From the NCBI GenBank assembly GCA_032128875.1, contig JAVLKG010000029.1:1-10363 (forward strand): DNA of 10,363 bases. The letters run 5' to 3'. A model generated the notes under the pieces. That model searched no databases. It saw only the letters and a program-made list of their open reading frames with translations, and was not told the DNA's origin. This DNA comes from Candidatus Melainabacteria bacterium 17Bon1m (GTDB taxonomy: Bacteria; Cyanobacteriota; Vampirovibrionia; Obscuribacterales; Obscuribacteraceae). Each line of letters starts with the position of its first letter. Positions within the stretch are counted from its first letter, which is position 1. The translations under genes and the position numbers were made by a program. Of this stretch, positions 6,766-10,363 are shown one piece after another.

Positions 6766-8458
6766 CATTGTATCGCTAGATTCTGGCAACAACGATGAGT
6801 CCCAAAAGCGCGGGGACCACCTTTACTTACAAATTGTTCGCTCTATAAAGGATGCGATTCGCTCCGGAAAATTGCCGCTCGAATCGCGGCTTCCTACCAA
6901 CCGCGAATTAGCCTCGCTTTTGAATATAGATAGATCTACGGTTTCTCGGGCCTACTTAGAACTCAGTGAGGTCGGTCTAATAGAAAGCCACGTGGGACGC
7001 GGCACCTATGTGAAGTCTCTGGTTGAGGTTCCAAAAACCGGCACTTTGGAAAACGGCGGATCTGGCGCAGGTTCGGGCGTTGGTTCGTCTGGCTCCGGCA
7101 TGGGCTCAGTCAATTCGTCCGGATCATCCGGCACACCTTCCTCAAACGTTTACAGACCTATGGTTTGGGCGGAAAAGTTTTCGCGCGCCAGTCAAACCGT
7201 CAACTCAATTGTTTCGCGCCAGGCTCCGGCGTCCGGATTGCAAGACGACACAATCTCCTTTGGCGGCGGCATCCCCACCGAAGAGTTCTATCCAAGTTCG
7301 CACTTCCAGCGCATTGTGTCCGAGATGGTCGGGCACGGCGACGTCGATCGCATGTTTGCGTACAGCCCGGCGGAAGGTGATGCCGAGCTTTGTAATGAAG
7401 TCATCAAATATCTCGCCGAGCAGTCTATGCAAGTTATGCATGACGAACTCCTGATTGTGAGCGGATCTCAACAGGGCATCGATTTGGTTTCGACAGCACT
7501 TGTCGACGAAAACGACGTCGTGATTGTCGAAGACCCTAGCTATTTCTGGGCTATTTGCAATTTCCGCGCTCGCCACGCGCGCTTGATTGGCGTGCCTGTT
7601 GACGAAGAAGGTATGCGCATGGACGTGCTTGAAACAGTGCTCAAGCGCCAGAAGGCGAAGCTTATTTACGTTATGCCTGCGTTCCAAAACCCCACTGGCG
7701 CCACGATGTCGCAGGCTCGCCGCAACCAGCTTTTGGCATTGGCACGCGAATACCAAGTACCCATCCTTGAAGACAACTTTGTGGGCGAACTCGTTTATGA
7801 CGGCGACCGCCGAAAACCTCTCCGAGCCGAGCCCGGCGCGCAGGATATAGTCATCCATCAGGGGACATTCTCAAAGGCGCTTTGCCCCGGACTTCGTCTC
7901 GGCTGGCTTGTGGCGCCGCAAGAAGTAATGACGAGGCTGAGAGCAGCTAAGCGTTCTAGCGACTTGACCACCAACTCGATGGCTCAGGTAGTGCTCTGCA
8001 AATATTTGCAAGAAGGTCTGTACAAAGACCATTTAGAACATGTCAGAGGCGCTTACAAACAGCGTCTTGAGGCGTTGGTCGAGGCTCTCGAAAAACACAT
8101 CTCTCCAATTTCCTTCAACTCCGAAGGTCGTCACCGCGGACCGCAACGCTTGACTTGGACGGTTCCGTACGGTGGTCTATTTGTCTGGGCGAAGCTGCCA
8201 GCGCGGCTTTCGGCTCGTGAGTTTCTCAATTACGCTGAGCGAGAAGGAGTGACCTTCTCTCCTGGCGAACTGTTTTTCGTTGGTGCAGATCAACCTGAAT
8301 ATCTGCGTTTGTGCTTTATCCAAACGGATGAAGACACGATTAGAGAAGGCGTAAAACGTCTTGCGAAAGCGCTTTCAGCGTTCTTCGCAGATGTTTCGCG
8401 GGCGCGATCGAAAGAGAGTGCCTGGAGTAAAAGAGGTAGTGAAAGAGTACTAATCTAA
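6752..8458 (+). CDS. MocR/GabR-family transcriptional regulator (GntR wHTH plus PLP-binding aminotransferase-like domain), PdxR-like
   Basis: wHTH motifs [42 protein letters not shown]-domain motifs [34 protein letters not shown] (PLP lysine K375). The PdxR role is inferred from adjacency to pdxST. Confidence 0.92.
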   Translation: MNWLDIVSLDSGNNDESQKRGDHLYLQIVRSIKDAIRSGKLPLESRLPTNRELASLLNIDRSTVSRAYLELSEVGLIESHVGRGTYVKSLVEVPKTGTLENGGSGAGSGVGSSGSGMGSVNSSGSSGTPSSNVYRPMVWAEKFSRASQTVNSIVSRQAPASGLQDDTISFGGGIPTEEFYPSSHFQRIVSEMVGHGDVDRMFAYSPAEGDAELCNEVIKYLAEQSMQVMHDELLIVSGSQQGIDLVSTALVDENDVVIVEDPSYFWAICNFRARHARLIGVPVDEEGMRMDVLETVLKRQKAKLIYVMPAFQNPTGATMSQARRNQLLALAREYQVPILEDNFVGELVYDGDRRKPLRAEPGAQDIVIHQGTFSKALCPGLRLGWLVAPQEVMTRLRAAKRSSDLTTNSMAQVVLCKYLQEGLYKDHLEHVRGAYKQRLEALVEALEKHISPISFNSEGRHRGPQRLTWTVPYGGLFVWAKLPARLSAREFLNYAEREGVTFSPGELFFVGADQPEYLRLCFIQTDEDTIREGVKRLAKALSAFFADVSRARSKESAWSKRGSERVLI

Positions 8459-8529
8459 AGCGGGAATCTTGTGATACCGCATATGGTGCAAGAAATCAGC
8501 AAATGCCAACCAATAGGCAGGAGGAAAAA

Positions 8530-9447
8530 ATGGCAGTCGAAACTAAAGAGAACAAGGGCAGTGGCGTTCGTACCGGCAGTGAGAAGGTAAAGAAGGCGTT
8601 GCCTGCGATGCTCAAGGGTGGCGTTATCATGGACGTCATCAATGCTGAACAAGCGAAGATTGCCGAAGCCGCAGGCGCAGTGGCAGTTATGGCGCTCGAG
8701 CGCGTCCCGGCTGACATTCGCGCTGAAGGCGGCGTTTCGCGCATGAGCGACCCTGAGCTGGTTTCTAAGATCATCGAATCCGTAAGTATTCCAGTCATGG
8801 CAAAAGCCCGTATCGGCCACTTTGTCGAAGCTCAAATTCTGCAATCGCTCGGCGTGGACTGCATCGACGAAAGCGAAGTGCTGACGCCGGCTGACGAGGA
8901 ATATCACATCGACAAATCGAAATTCGACATACCTTTTGTATGCGGCGCACGCAACCTTGGCGAAGCGCTCCGCCGCATTGGTGAAGGCGCAGCCATGATC
9001 CGCACGAAGGGTGAAGCAGGCACCGGTGACGTTGTTGAAGCCGTCCGCCACGCTCGCAAGATTCTTGGCGAAATCCGCTCGCTGTCTATTATGCCGAGAG
9101 AAGAGCTGATGACCTACGCCAAGCAAATCGGTGCTCCTTTCGAGTTGGTCTTGAAAGTTGCTGAAGAAGGCAAACTGCCCGTTGTCAACTTCGCGGCTGG
9201 CGGTATCGCTACACCTGCGGACGCTGCATTGATGATGCAAATTGGCGTTGAAGGAGTTTTCGTTGGATCTGGAATCTTCAAATCCGGCAATCCTGAAAAG
9301 CGCGCTCTGGCTATCGTGAAGGCGACTACCTTCTATCAAGATCCCGAAGTCTTGGCTGAAGTAAGCCGCAACTTGGGCGAACCGATGGTTGGAAGAACCG
9401 CAGCCAGCCTTGCTGCAACCGAAACACTCGCTACTCGCGGCTGGTAG
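8530..9447 (+). CDS. pdxS: pyridoxal 5'-phosphate synthase lyase subunit PdxS
   Basis: [62 protein letters not shown]-terminal RGW. AGGAGG at 8519-8524 supports the ATG at 8530 rather than 8503. Confidence 0.99.
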   Translation: MAVETKENKGSGVRTGSEKVKKALPAMLKGGVIMDVINAEQAKIAEAAGAVAVMALERVPADIRAEGGVSRMSDPELVSKIIESVSIPVMAKARIGHFVEAQILQSLGVDCIDESEVLTPADEEYHIDKSKFDIPFVCGARNLGEALRRIGEGAAMIRTKGEAGTGDVVEAVRHARKILGEIRSLSIMPREELMTYAKQIGAPFELVLKVAEEGKLPVVNFAAGGIATPADAALMMQIGVEGVFVGSGIFKSGNPEKRALAIVKATTFYQDPEVLAEVSRNLGEPMVGRTAASLAATETLATRGW

Positions 9448-9456
9448 TTGTTAGGC

Positions 9457-9516
9457 GTGGGGGCGATGCCTGGCATCGCCCCTACAAAAATGGTCGACGC
9501 CATGCGTCGACCCTAC
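9457..9516 (-). repeat. two REP-like GTAG hairpins between pdxS and pdxT
   Basis: Plus-strand GTGG-GGGCGATGCC-T-GGCATCGCCC-CTAC (9457-9485) and GGTCGACGC-CAT-GCGTCGACC-CTAC (9492-9516). Both read GTAG plus hairpin on the minus strand. Confidence 0.8.
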
Positions 9517-9544
9517 AGTTAAGGGGCGTACGAGGTAACTCAAA

Positions 9545-10282
9545 ATGGCATCAACAATCGGAGTACTTTCACTGCAAGGTGATGTCGCTGAGCATTGCCG
9601 ATCAATAGAGGCTTTGGGTCGCCGAGCCGTTCAAATCCGCTACGCTCGCCAAATGGACGGCGTCGATGGCTTAATCATTCCTGGTGGTGAGTCGACGACG
9701 ATAGCAAAACTCACAGCGGACAATCCTGATGCAATCTTCGATAGCATTCGTGAGTTCATCGATGCTGGAAAACCCGTCTACGGAACCTGCACGGGCTCTA
9801 TCTTTCTGGCAAAAGAGATTGAAGGCTCCGAGCAGGGACGCCTTGCAGCGATGGATATCAAAGTGCGTCGCAATGCATTCGGTCCGCAGCGCTTCAGTTT
9901 TGAAACCACGCTCAACATCCCGGTTTTGGGAGATGAGCCGTTGAACGCTATCTTTATAAGAGGTCCAGTAATTCTTTCGGCAGGCGAAGGCGTTGATGTT
10001 ATGGCTCGTGTTGACGCTAACATCGGACGTTTAGGAAAAACAGCCGGCAGCTTACCTGATGAGAGTGCGCTCTATGACTCATATATCGTCATGGCACGTC
10101 AAAACAATTTGCTCGTGTCATCCTTTCACCCTGAACTGACCGATGATTATCGCGTGCACAAATATTTTGTGCAGATGGTGGAAGGTACTGAGCCAGCAAA
10201 GGTTTCAGCTAGATCTGAAACACAGGAAGGCTCAAAAACGGCTCCCCGTCTCGTAAACCCGATGGCGCTAGCGTCGGTTTAG
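9545..10282 (+). CDS. pdxT: pyridoxal 5'-phosphate synthase glutaminase subunit PdxT
   Basis: GVLSLQGDVAEH, PGGESTT, GTCTG (catalytic Cys), RRNAFG, FIRGP, FHPELT; GAGGT RBS at 9532-9536; follows pdxS. Confidence 0.98.
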   Translation: MASTIGVLSLQGDVAEHCRSIEALGRRAVQIRYARQMDGVDGLIIPGGESTTIAKLTADNPDAIFDSIREFIDAGKPVYGTCTGSIFLAKEIEGSEQGRLAAMDIKVRRNAFGPQRFSFETTLNIPVLGDEPLNAIFIRGPVILSAGEGVDVMARVDANIGRLGKTAGSLPDESALYDSYIVMARQNNLLVSSFHPELTDDYRVHKYFVQMVEGTEPAKVSARSETQEGSKTAPRLVNPMALASV

Positions 10283-10363
10283 AGGCTCTTGTAGATTTCC
10301 TGTCGGACGTCAATTAGCCCGCAGCCTTGCAACGGCTACGGCTCCGCTGCGGCAGCAGACAGC

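Noticed and set aside
8455..9339. 294-aa antisense ORF
   Set aside because: It shadows pdxS on the opposite strand and has no recognisable motifs.
10283..10363. 3' end of a convergent gene or a terminator after pdxT
   Set aside because: Minus-strand stops occur at 10310-10312 and 10314-10316, but the sequence is too short to choose a frame, and there is no clear hairpin plus U-tract.

Overview
A bacterial chromosomal window of mostly housekeeping genes, with no transposase, integrase, CRISPR array, rRNA or tRNA that I can recognise. Minus strand, right to left: a split or deleted membrane-anchored SGNH-like gene (4285..3510) coupled to an AlgI/DltB-type MBOAT O-acyltransferase (3513..2053), a YraN-family nuclease (1817..1374), and an unknown protein with two PATAN/DUF4388-like repeats (1223..261). 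Plus strand: serS, a polytopic membrane protein, a MocR/GabR-family PLP-responsive regulator (PdxR-like), then pdxS and pdxT (PLP synthase). The strongest non-coding signal is a dense array of AATTGGYTGGA sites around the regulator's promoter. It reaches into the coding sequence of both flanking genes, with one more half-site before pdxS, and is a candidate operator for a co-directional pdxR-pdxST unit. Other points of interest are the frameshift junction in the MBOAT partner gene (a 5-bp tandem duplication whose removal restores the frame), several classes of REP-like palindromes and a structured serS leader. I cannot support a claim of a wholly new biological system; these are leads. Family assignments come from recalled motifs, not database searches.
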